The notes beneath the pieces are model-generated. The model was given only the letters and a program-made list of their open reading frames with translations. It did no database searches and had not been told where the DNA came from. Below, one piece after another: positions 37,678 through 46,514 of a stretch of DNA of 64,000 nt. The translations under genes and the position numbers were made by a program. Source of the DNA: Candidatus Latescibacterota bacterium. Lineage in GTDB: Bacteria > Latescibacterota > UBA2968 > UBA8231. The number at the start of each line of letters is the position of its first letter. The stretch's first letter is position 1. The stretch is from contig OZ242005.1 in the NCBI GenBank assembly GCA_965204725.1, forward strand, positions 3,488,001 to 3,552,000, in the 5' to 3' direction.

Positions 37678-39456
37678 ATGAAATCCCACCGACCGCATCC
37701 TTCCCGCGATATATGCTCTTTCTCGCGGCCCATCGTTGCGGTTTTCTTTAGCTGGGGTATGGCACTGATCGCGGGGTGCTCAAGTGAAACGCCCACTCCA
37801 GCACCAGAAGCCACTGCGTCCAAGCCCAAATTGGCTGGCAGCACCCGGCCGAAATTCGTCGATGCCACGGCCGCGGCCGGCATCCATTTTACTCATCTGA
37901 ACGGCGGGAGCGGTCGTTTCTACTACGTGGAGACCTATGGCTCGGGGGCGGCTTTTATCGACTACGACAGCGATGGCGACGAAGACCTATACTTGGTCAA
38001 TGGGGCCATGTTGCCGGGTTTTTTGGAGCGGCGCGTACCGAAAAACGCCCTGTATCGAAACAGGGGCGATGGGAAATTCGAGGAAGTGGACGCCGGGGTC
38101 GGCGATGAAGGGTATGGCATGGGGGTCTGCGCGGGAGATTACGACAACGACGGTCACGTGGATCTCTACGTCACGAACTTTGGCACCAATGTGCTGTATC
38201 GCAACGGCAGCGGCGGTTCGTATGTCGATGCGACCGAGGCCGCTGGCGTCGGCGACGAGCGCTTGAGCACGAGCGCGGCCTTTGCCGACATCGACAACGA
38301 CGGCGACCTCGACCTATACGTGGCCAACAATACCGATTTTACCCTTGAAAACCACAAAGAGTGCCGGCACGGTTCTATACGAGTCTATTGCGGCCCCGGT
38401 CAGTACCAGGGCGCGTCGGGGATTATGTACCGCAATGAAGGCAATGGAACGTTTGCCGACGCAACCGAAGAAATGGGCGTTTACAACGACCGCGGTCGTC
38501 AACTCGGCGTGGTATTTGGCGATTACGACGAAGACGGCGATGCCGATCTGTTTGTCGCCAACGATATGACTCCGAACTTCCTCTTTCGCAACGAGGGGGG
38601 GACGCGATTTTCCAATGTTGGGCTGGAGGCCGGCGTCGCCTTCAGCCCAGACGGCAAACCCGAGGCCGGCATGGGCACAGACTTTGGCGACTACGACCGG
38701 GACGGACTCCTCGACATCGTCGTCTGCAACTTCCAGTGGGAGCACTGTCGCGTGTTAAAAAACGAGCGGGGTGGCGTATTTAAGGACCAGATACACGAGT
38801 CCAAACTAGCCGAACCGACCTTCTCGACCTTGACCTTTGGCACGGACTTTTTCGATTACGACAACGACGGAGACCTCGACCTGTTCCTAGCCAACGGACA
38901 CGTCGAACCGAATATAGAAATTATCGACCGCGCCGGGCCTTCCTACGCACAGCGGGATCAGCTATTCCACAACGACAACGACGGCACGTTCACCGACGTC
39001 AGCGCCGACTCGCCCGGACTAGCCGCGGCCGCGGTCGGGCGCGGATCAACCACCGCCGACTACGACAACGACGGCGACCTCGACCTGTTCGTAGCCAACA
39101 ACAACCAGCGCGGACTGCTGCTGCGCAACGACGGCGGCAACCGCCACCACTGGCTGTCCGTACGCACCGTGGGCTCCCGCAGCAACCGCGACGGCATCGG
39201 CGCACGTATCCGGGTGGTCGCTGGCGACCTGCACCAAATCGAAGAAGTGCGGTCGGGCAGTTCGTATCTGTCGCAGAACGCGCTGCGGGTACACTTTGGC
39301 TTGGGGATGCACACGCGGGTGGATCGGCTGGAGATCCGCTGGCCGAGCGGGATAACGCAGGTGTTGGAGGACGTGGCCGTCGATCAATTCCTCACCATCC
39401 GAGAGCCAGCGGGCCAGCAATCCGCGCAAGGGCAAGGCCAGCGTGACGAGATTTAA
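37678..39456 (+). CDS. CRTAC1/ASPIC-UnbV FG-GAP repeat lipoprotein
   Basis: Lipobox LIAGC, multiple DYDNDGDLDLFV.N repeats, SNRDGIGAR, GSSYLSQ, HFGLG, IRWPSG. Confidence 0.92.
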   Translation: MKSHRPHPSRDICSFSRPIVAVFFSWGMALIAGCSSETPTPAPEATASKPKLAGSTRPKFVDATAAAGIHFTHLNGGSGRFYYVETYGSGAAFIDYDSDGDEDLYLVNGAMLPGFLERRVPKNALYRNRGDGKFEEVDAGVGDEGYGMGVCAGDYDNDGHVDLYVTNFGTNVLYRNGSGGSYVDATEAAGVGDERLSTSAAFADIDNDGDLDLYVANNTDFTLENHKECRHGSIRVYCGPGQYQGASGIMYRNEGNGTFADATEEMGVYNDRGRQLGVVFGDYDEDGDADLFVANDMTPNFLFRNEGGTRFSNVGLEAGVAFSPDGKPEAGMGTDFGDYDRDGLLDIVVCNFQWEHCRVLKNERGGVFKDQIHESKLAEPTFSTLTFGTDFFDYDNDGDLDLFLANGHVEPNIEIIDRAGPSYAQRDQLFHNDNDGTFTDVSADSPGLAAAAVGRGSTTADYDNDGDLDLFVANNNQRGLLLRNDGGNRHHWLSVRTVGSRSNRDGIGARIRVVAGDLHQIEEVRSGSSYLSQNALRVHFGLGMHTRVDRLEIRWPSGITQVLEDVAVDQFLTIREPAGQQSAQGQGQRDEI

Positions 39457-41002
39457 CGGGGGGCTATGGCTGGTATGGCTGGTGTGGATAACGGCTGTTG
39501 GCTGCGGTGGCGCGGTAGAAGAGGCTCCTGAAGACCCGCGGGCGATAGAACTGAGTTATTTGGATCGCATCCGCGCCGATTCCAGCGACGTAGTAGCACA
39601 CTACGAACTAGGGACGTTCTATGTACAACACGCCGTGTATGGGGAGGCACTGAAACATTTCAGCGAGACCTTCCGCATCGACTCGTCGCACGTAGGGGCA
39701 TTGCTGGGGGCCGGAGAAGTCCTGACCCGGCAGGGCGAATTGAAACGGGCGTTGGCCGTATATCGCAAGGCCATTGCGCTCGCGCCCGACAGCGCAGCGG
39801 CCTATCGCCAGCTCGGCCAACTCTACTTGCGCACAGACGACGATGCCAAGGCGCGGGCGACGTTTGCAAAGGCGTTGCAATTGGCTCCCAATCACGCTCC
39901 AGACCACTACAACCTAGGCGTGGCGCATGCCCGAGATCACGACTACGAGACCGCCGCCCAGCATCTACGGCGAGCACTAAAAATAGACCCGGAGTACGCG
40001 TTGGTTTACTACAGTCTGGGAGAGATGTACTGCGCCAAGATGGGGCAATGCGAACGCGCCGTGGACTTGGCGAGCAAAGCCGTCAAAATAGAGCCTCGGC
40101 GCACCCGCTACCGCACGGCGTTAGGGCACATCTACATGCGGTTGAATCGCCATGCAGAAGCGGAGGCCGCCTTTCGCGCGGCCATTGAGCGCGATTCGGC
40201 TTACGTAGAGGCACTAAATGGGCTGGGGATGGTGCTCGCCCGCCAAGGCAAGGAGGCCGAAGCAGCCGCGGTACTCGAGCAAAGCATCGCTCTGGACCCG
40301 GCTTATCCAGCCGCGCACTTGGCCCTGTCCAAAGTGTACATGAAGCAGGGAAAGGCCGAGGAAGGGCAGCGGCAGATCGAGATGTTCAAGCGCCTTGATC
40401 CGCATTTCGATGCCATTCGCGATCAGCGTTTGCGCCTCAAAGGCCATGCCGACGATGCCGTAGCCCGCTACAACTTGGGAGCGATCTACGCGAAGCTCGG
40501 TTTTGCCGAAATAGCGGCTCGCGAGTACAAAGCCTCGCTCAAGATTAATCCCGCCCAGATACAGGCTTGGCAGAATTTGGGCACGGCCTATATGCGGCTG
40601 GAGCGGGTTGACGATGCCATCACAGCCTATCGCCAAGCCCTGACCTTAGACGAGGACTATGCGCTGGCGTGGTTTAATCTCGGCAACGCCTATTTGATGA
40701 AAGACTATCCAGTGCAGGCGCGCTCGGCCTATGAGCGCGCTTTGGCGATAAAGGCTCACTACATCGACGCGATAAACGGCCTCGGTAATGCCAAACTGCG
40801 CGAGGGCCATGCCCGGGAGGCCATCGACGATTTTAAGGCGGTTTTGCGGGCCGATTCCACCTATGTCGGTGCCCATTATGGTTTGGCCGTGGCCTACCGA
40901 GAAGTAGGAGATTCACTTGCGGCTCAGCAGCAGATACGCCTCTTTGCGCGCAAGCAAAAAGAATTACAAAGCAGACGCGCCGACCACCGCTGGGACAAGT
41001 AA
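39443..41002 (+). CDS. TPR-repeat lipoprotein
   Basis: Lipobox AVGC; more than 10 TPR units (A.YNLG...A...Y.KAL.I.P). Confidence 0.88.
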   Translation: MTRFNGGLWLVWLVWITAVGCGGAVEEAPEDPRAIELSYLDRIRADSSDVVAHYELGTFYVQHAVYGEALKHFSETFRIDSSHVGALLGAGEVLTRQGELKRALAVYRKAIALAPDSAAAYRQLGQLYLRTDDDAKARATFAKALQLAPNHAPDHYNLGVAHARDHDYETAAQHLRRALKIDPEYALVYYSLGEMYCAKMGQCERAVDLASKAVKIEPRRTRYRTALGHIYMRLNRHAEAEAAFRAAIERDSAYVEALNGLGMVLARQGKEAEAAAVLEQSIALDPAYPAAHLALSKVYMKQGKAEEGQRQIEMFKRLDPHFDAIRDQRLRLKGHADDAVARYNLGAIYAKLGFAEIAAREYKASLKINPAQIQAWQNLGTAYMRLERVDDAITAYRQALTLDEDYALAWFNLGNAYLMKDYPVQARSAYERALAIKAHYIDAINGLGNAKLREGHAREAIDDFKAVLRADSTYVGAHYGLAVAYREVGDSLAAQQQIRLFARKQKELQSRRADHRWDK

Positions 41003-41022
41003 CCACTAAGAAAGGATAAACG

Positions 41023-41940
41023 ATGGCGCGATTTGACGACATGAAGGGGGTCTTCGGCTTGCTGCCGACTCCGTACCGGGAAGACCTCGAGATTCACATC
41101 GACGACCTGAAGAAGGTCGCCAACTTCTGCTGCGAAAGCGGCCAGCACGGCATCGTCTGGCCGGTGATGGTCGGGGAGTTTTGGTTTTTGGGCGAGGAGG
41201 AGCGGATCCGAGGGCTGGACGCGGTGCTGGAGGAGGTCAACGGCCGCTTGCCCGTGGTCTTTGGCTGTTCTGGGCTGTCGGTGCCGCAGGTGCTGCTCTA
41301 TGCGCGGGCGGCGCGAAAAGCCGGGGCGGATTCGATTATCGCCATGACGCCGGCGCGCACCGACGCCGCCACGGCCATGGACCTGTACCGGCGCTTGGCT
41401 GGGGTGTTCGACGGGCCGATCATGGTGCAGAATGCCGACCTGTACGCGCCGTTGCGCGGCGAGCAGGTGGCGCAACTGGTCGACGAGATCCCGCAGATCG
41501 AATACGTCAAGGAGGAGCGGCAGCCCGGCCCTAAGCACATCGCCGAGGTGGCCGAGATGGTCGGCGACCGGGTCAAGTGCATCTTCGGCGGGGCGGCGGG
41601 CAAGTTTTTACCCGACGAGATGCGCCGCGGAGCCAATGGCAATATGCCCGCCTGCGAGCTGGCCGATGTACTGGCCAAGATCACCGAGTTGTGGTGGGCC
41701 GGGCAAGAGGAGGAGGCGCGTGCGATGCACCGCCGCTTGTTGCCGCTGATCGTGCTTGAGAATCACCCCTTTATGCGCTATATCCTCAAGTGCCGTGGGG
41801 TGTTCAGCACGCTGGTGGAACGAGCACCGGCAGGCAAGCTGGCACTGGACGAAGGCGACAAACGAGAGATCGCCACTCTACTGGAGACCGTCGCCGGGGA
41901 CATCGAGGCATTTCCGATAGTACCGGAGCATTCGCACTAG
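41023..41940 (+). CDS. Dihydrodipicolinate synthase (DapA)-family aldolase/dehydratase
   Basis: LPTPY, E...L..EER, GRLPVV.G, PIMVQN, Schiff-base YVKEE; lacks canonical GTTGE, so probably not true DapA. Confidence 0.85.
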   Translation: MARFDDMKGVFGLLPTPYREDLEIHIDDLKKVANFCCESGQHGIVWPVMVGEFWFLGEEERIRGLDAVLEEVNGRLPVVFGCSGLSVPQVLLYARAARKAGADSIIAMTPARTDAATAMDLYRRLAGVFDGPIMVQNADLYAPLRGEQVAQLVDEIPQIEYVKEERQPGPKHIAEVAEMVGDRVKCIFGGAAGKFLPDEMRRGANGNMPACELADVLAKITELWWAGQEEEARAMHRRLLPLIVLENHPFMRYILKCRGVFSTLVERAPAGKLALDEGDKREIATLLETVAGDIEAFPIVPEHSH

Positions 41941-41957
41941 GTCGTCGCTCGGCGGGA

Positions 41958-42821
41958 CTACGCCAACTCCGGGTACTGCGCCGCGTAGATCGTCAACTTC
42001 GTCGCCGCCCCGATCTGTTCTAGTTCCGGCCGCCGCCCCGACAAGCGCAAGCTGTCGCGGACCAAATTCAAAAACCCCTCGCCCCGCGCTTCGAGAAAAC
42101 TAGATCCCGTAATCGGGCTTTCGTAGTAGCGCATGAAGCCAGCGAGAAACTGATTCCGACGCGCCGGCTGACACCCAGCGTACAAATTTTCAATGGTCAA
42201 GGTGTTGTAGAGCGCTCCGGGATTTTGGAACTCGATGCGGTCGGGGAACATGCGAATGATGATCTGCGATCCGGCAACTCCGTAGTCCCGATGAATGACG
42301 GCGTTTACGACGGCCTCTTGGAGTGCAGTGTATATGTAGCTGGGATAATCCCGGCGACCGTCGCCGCTTTTCCGCGAAGCGATTGGCGTCAAAGGAGAGG
42401 CTTGGAAGTACGACACAATTTTGGCGATTTGCTCGGGTAACGGCCCGGTGATTTGCCGGCTATCCACGGTGTTGCCATCGGGAATGTCGTGGTGGTACAC
42501 CGCCAGATCGATGTACGCGCCGGCAATGTACTGCTCGGGCTGCCAGGCAAAGAGCAGGATGCCCAAATGCGTCGGCGTGGCCCCCAGTGCCGAGCTCACA
42601 GCCAGTTTATGCGCCACCAGCGTGGAAGCCCAGTCGGCTGGCGTGGACCAATCGGGGAAGCGCCGACTGAAGTACTGTTCGAGCCGGGTTTTGTCCAAGT
42701 CGTCGAGGCTGCTACCGACCATGGGTCGCTCCTCAAGCGGGCTAGCCAAGCGACGCTCCGTCAACATGCGGGCCAGCCGTTCGGCCGGGATCAACTGGCG
42801 GAGGAATCGCCCGTCGCTCGT
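41958..42821 (-). pseudogene. 5'-truncated AlbA_2/RecG-C (HATPase_c_4) family gene
   Basis: ALQEAVVNAVIHRDY, DRIEFQNPG, RRNQ.LA, E.RG.G present. The frame starts right after a TAG with TSDGRFLRQLIPAERLAR, which resembles the tail of an AlbA domain; no RBS. Confidence 0.65.
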
Positions 42822-43182
42822 CTAGTGTAACAAGCGGCTCTATCTCCTGCTCAATTTTGCGGCGCAATGTGCGCTCGGCGACATCGAGATCGTAGCGGGT
42901 CTGAAGATTGATCCAGAACTCAGGCGTCGTGTCTAAGTAGTGCCCGAGGCGCAGCGCAGTATCGGTTGTGACGCTACGACGTCCGAGCACAATATCGTTC
43001 AGCCGTGGCCGCGAAACCTTGATCGCCTGAGCGAGCCGGTACACGCTAATCTCCAGCGGAATCAGGAACTCGTCGCGCAGGATCTCGCCGGGATGCACCG
43101 GCGGCAACCGCCGCCCAGAGGCTACATCCGAGAAGTCGATCTCGCGCCGGTCCAGTTCTTCGCGTTTGATGGTCATGCTCAT
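42742..43182 (-). CDS. higA: HigA/VapI antitoxin (HTH) with atypical C-terminal extension
   Basis: VHPGEILRDEFL.PL, LA.AI.V, R..T.DTALRL, TPEFWINLQ..YDL; GAGGAG RBS. Confidence 0.9.
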   Translation of the reverse strand: MSMTIKREELDRREIDFSDVASGRRLPPVHPGEILRDEFLIPLEISVYRLAQAIKVSRPRLNDIVLGRRSVTTDTALRLGHYLDTTPEFWINLQTRYDLDVAERTLRRKIEQEIEPLVTLDERRAIPPPVDPGRTAGPHVDGASLG

Positions 43183-43190
43183 TTATCTCC

Positions 43191-43472
43191 TCAATGATAG
43201 TCCACAATCTCGACCTTCCACGCTTCTCCATCGCGCCAGACAAAGCAGATACGCCAGCGGTCATTGACTCGAATACTGTATTGCCCTCGGCGGTCTGACC
43301 GCAAAGCCTCGAGACGATTACCGGGCGGGGAACTTAGATCGTCGAGCCGACCAGCCGCATCAATTGCCAAGAGCTTCGCCCGCGCTCGCCGCTGGAGCTG
43401 TACGGGCAGGCCGCGTACGGCATGACCCGCAAAGATCGCTGCGGTGCGTTTATCCGCAAAGCTCTTGATCAT
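43191..43472 (-). CDS. higB: HigB (RelE/ParE-family) toxin
   Basis: MIKSFADK, PPGNRLEAL.....GQYSIRVNDRWRICF.W, VEIVDYH; toxin-first order. Confidence 0.92.
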   Translation of the reverse strand: MIKSFADKRTAAIFAGHAVRGLPVQLQRRARAKLLAIDAAGRLDDLSSPPGNRLEALRSDRRGQYSIRVNDRWRICFVWRDGEAWKVEIVDYH

Positions 43473-43995
43473 CGGCCGATCCAAGCAACGCCTGATACGC
43501 CACCAACGCCCCTGCCACGTGAACATTCATCGACGGCCCCTTGCCGTACATGGGGATATAGACCGCTCCATCGCATAAGGCCAACGTCTGGCGATAGACG
43601 CCCTTGGTCTCGTTGCCGAGCACCAAACACACTTTGTCCGGGAAATCGTATTCCAAATAGCACACCGCCCCCTGCACCATTTCCAACGCCACCAAGTGAT
43701 ACCCTTCGTCCCGCAGAGCATTCGCCGCCTCGTCCATGCGCCCGATCCGCCGCCAAGCCACGCGCCGCTCATGGCCCCGAGCCGTGCGCTCAATATCCTC
43801 GTGCGGCGGCACGGGCGTCACACCCGTAAAGACCAACTCCCGCGCTCCACACGCATCGGCAATGCGAAACATCGAGCCGACATTGAGCGGGTCTTCGACG
43901 CTCTGCAACAGAAAGGCCAACTCCGCCTTGGGCGGATAGCGCTGCGTCGCATCCGCAAAGAGCCGCTTTACTTCCACTTTGCGCAAGGGGCGCAT
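43450..43995 (-). CDS. TrmH/SpoU-family RNA methyltransferase
   Basis: DP.NVGSMFR.ADA.G, LVLGNE..GV, IPMYG...SMNV.VA. Confidence 0.9.
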   Translation of the reverse strand: MRPLRKVEVKRLFADATQRYPPKAELAFLLQSVEDPLNVGSMFRIADACGARELVFTGVTPVPPHEDIERTARGHERRVAWRRIGRMDEAANALRDEGYHLVALEMVQGAVCYLEYDFPDKVCLVLGNETKGVYRQTLALCDGAVYIPMYGKGPSMNVHVAGALVAYQALLGSADDQELCG

Positions 43996-44003
43996 GGGCC
44001 GGC

Positions 44004-44831
44004 TTAAAAGCGGATGGCCTTGTACTGCTTCACGTGCTCGGTAATGGCGACCTCCACCGGCAATCGCTCCATGCTCGACGCGCCGTAGAACCCATGGACG
44101 CCCGTGGTGTTTTGCAACACGTACTCAGCGTCGGCCGGCTCTGAAATCGGCCCCCCGTGGCACAGCACAATCACTTCCTCAGACACGCCACGCGCCGCGT
44201 CGCCTATCGCCTGCACAACCCCCACCGATTCCTCCAAAGTCAGGGCGGTCGTCGCGCCAATCGCGCCCTTGGTGGTAAGCCCGGTATGCGCCACCACAAT
44301 GTCGGCCCCGGCCCCGGCCATAAGCTCGCCCTCGGCGGGATTAAAGGCATAAGGCGTCGTCAACAAACCCATCTCGTGCGCCGTGCGGATCATCTCCACC
44401 TCCACTCCATACCCCATCCCGGTCTCCTCCAAGTTTTGCCGATACAACCCGTCAATCAGCCCCACGGTCGGAAAATTCTGCACCCCGGAAAACCCGATGG
44501 CCGCCACCTCGCGCAAGAAAACATCCATCTGCCGGAACGGATCCGTCCCGCACACGCCAGCCAACACCGGCGTATCCTCCACCACCGTCAACACCTCCCC
44601 GGCCATATCCATCACAATCGCATTGGCGTCCCCGTAGGGCATGGTCCCAGCCAGCGACCCCCGGCCGGCCATGCGAAATCGCCCGGAGTTGTAAATCACA
44701 ATCAAGTCAACTCCGCCAGCCTCCTCGAACTTCGCGCTGATCCCGGTCCCGGCACCCGCGCCGATAATGGGAATCCCAGCGGCGATGTGGCGTCGCAACC
44801 GCATGAGCACTTCTTCTCTTGTAAACGCCAT
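44004..44831 (-). CDS. Tm-1-like TIM-barrel protein (PEP hydrolase-like)
   Basis: [74 protein letters not shown]. Confidence 0.9.
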   Translation of the reverse strand: MAFTREEVLMRLRRHIAAGIPIIGAGAGTGISAKFEEAGGVDLIVIYNSGRFRMAGRGSLAGTMPYGDANAIVMDMAGEVLTVVEDTPVLAGVCGTDPFRQMDVFLREVAAIGFSGVQNFPTVGLIDGLYRQNLEETGMGYGVEVEMIRTAHEMGLLTTPYAFNPAEGELMAGAGADIVVAHTGLTTKGAIGATTALTLEESVGVVQAIGDAARGVSEEVIVLCHGGPISEPADAEYVLQNTTGVHGFYGASSMERLPVEVAITEHVKQYKAIRF

Positions 44832-44837
44832 GGCCGC

Positions 44838-45251
44838 CTATCCGTTTAGTGCCTTTTCTATCCGCACCCCGTCCATCTTCCGCAGCTCGGCCTCCGGCCC
44901 AAACGGCGCATACACGGCGATCAACTTCATCGTCCCCACGCCGCTATTCACGGTCGAGTGATACACGGCCGTCGGAATGTGTACGAGCTCGCCCGGGCCG
45001 ATCTCCTTTTCCAGCGTACCCGATTCTAGTTCCACCGTCTGAATTCCAGTGCCTTCTATCACGTAGAGGATCTCCTCGCTATACGGATGGTTGTGGCGCA
45101 CGTGCCCTTGGCCCGGCGCCAGCTCCACTACGCCGCAGCTAAAGTGCTCGGCCGCGGTCACCAGCGGCTCGGAAAGCCAGTTTAACCGGCCCCAGTCAAA
45201 GACTTGGGTATCCACATCGGCGCATTGCACGAAGGTCTTTTTCTCGCTCAT
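44838..45251 (-). CDS. Cupin-domain protein
   Basis: GGAGAG RBS, MSEKKTF start overlapping the upstream stop; H..H.H..SEEILYV..G.G and IP..VYHST.N metal motifs. Confidence 0.85.
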   Translation of the reverse strand: MSEKKTFVQCADVDTQVFDWGRLNWLSEPLVTAAEHFSCGVVELAPGQGHVRHNHPYSEEILYVIEGTGIQTVELESGTLEKEIGPGELVHIPTAVYHSTVNSGVGTMKLIAVYAPFGPEAELRKMDGVRIEKALNG

Positions 45252-46480
45252 AACTCTCCTGCTTTCTCGGCAATCAGCTCCAGCAGCAGCGCGGTCGCTG
45301 CGGCTGCAAACGCTGGATCGTTGATGTTGTGATCGACTTCGCGGACGAGGATGCCCTCGTCCAAGTTGGCTTTGAGGGCGTCGCCAAAGGCGCGGTCGGC
45401 TGCGCGGTCGCAAAACAACTCGCCATCGCCGTCGAGAATCGACACCCCTCTGAGCGGAATGAGCACGCCGACCGGGCCTTGGGCCGCGTTGAGCTTTTCG
45501 GCAAATATCCGGCCCATCAGCGCGTTCTCCTCGGCATTGGTGCGCATCAAGGTCACGGCTGGATTCCACTCGTAAAAGAGCCGCGTACCGTCCTTGTACT
45601 TTGGCGGCACGTCAGCCATGCCGCCAAAATTGGCCATATCCACGCAGCCGGGGACCACTACTTGGGGCAAACCCGCCCGGCCGGCCGCGCTCAAGCGATC
45701 TGGCCCCGCGCTGAAGACGCCGCCGCACACTTCGTCGGCCCACTCGGTGGTGGTAATGTCCAGAACCGCATCCACCAAGCCCTCGGCGATGAGCGACTCC
45801 ATAGTGCGGCCGCCCGTGCCCGTGGCGTGAAAAACCAAGACCTCGTACCCGCTCGCCGACAGGGCCTCGCTGCATGCGTTCACGCATTCGGTGGTGTTGC
45901 CAAACATCGATGCGACGACGATCGGCTTGTCGTCGCCGGCCGGGGCTGGCTCGGCCTCAACCATGCCGCAGATCGCGCCCGCGGCCCGCGTGAAAATTAC
46001 CCGCGAAATCCGATTGACCCCAGCCACATCCACAATTGACGGAATGAGCACGACGTCCTTGCTGCCCACGTACGCGGCCGTGTCGCCGGCCGCCACGGTC
46101 GAAACGCACACTTTGGGAACTCCCACCGGCAGGGCGCGCATGGCCGCCGTCACCACGCTGCTGCCGCCGGACCCACCCATGCCGACAATACCGTCAAACC
46201 GGCCCTCGGCGTACCCTTGCTCCGCCACCTTGGCCGCGCCCTCCCCCATAGCCTTCATGGCGGCACCGCGGTCGCCAGCCGCACGCAACGACTCCAGCGA
46301 CGCGCCAGCCGCCGCGGCCACCTCGCTGGCAGCCACATCCACCCCAAAGGCTTCGCACCCGCCCAGAACGCCCGTGTTCACGGCCAGCACTTCGTGGCCG
46401 CGAGCCAAAATCTGCTCGCGCAAGAAGGCGTACTCCACGCCCTTTGTGTCAAACGCCCCAACCATCATAATTGTAGCCAT
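45248..46480 (-). CDS. Tm-1-like ATP-binding domain protein (UPF0261)
   Basis: G..DTKG.E, GGSGG, LPVGVPK..VST, SIVDVAG.N, FHATGTGGR.ME, DITTTE.AD, G.VDM.NFG. Confidence 0.9.
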   Translation of the reverse strand: MATIMMVGAFDTKGVEYAFLREQILARGHEVLAVNTGVLGGCEAFGVDVAASEVAAAAGASLESLRAAGDRGAAMKAMGEGAAKVAEQGYAEGRFDGIVGMGGSGGSSVVTAAMRALPVGVPKVCVSTVAAGDTAAYVGSKDVVLIPSIVDVAGVNRISRVIFTRAAGAICGMVEAEPAPAGDDKPIVVASMFGNTTECVNACSEALSASGYEVLVFHATGTGGRTMESLIAEGLVDAVLDITTTEWADEVCGGVFSAGPDRLSAAGRAGLPQVVVPGCVDMANFGGMADVPPKYKDGTRLFYEWNPAVTLMRTNAEENALMGRIFAEKLNAAQGPVGVLIPLRGVSILDGDGELFCDRAADRAFGDALKANLDEGILVREVDHNINDPAFAAAATALLLELIAEKAGEL

Positions 46481-46514
46481 AACGGCCTCCTAAGATAGTG
46501 CCTGACCCTTTGGA

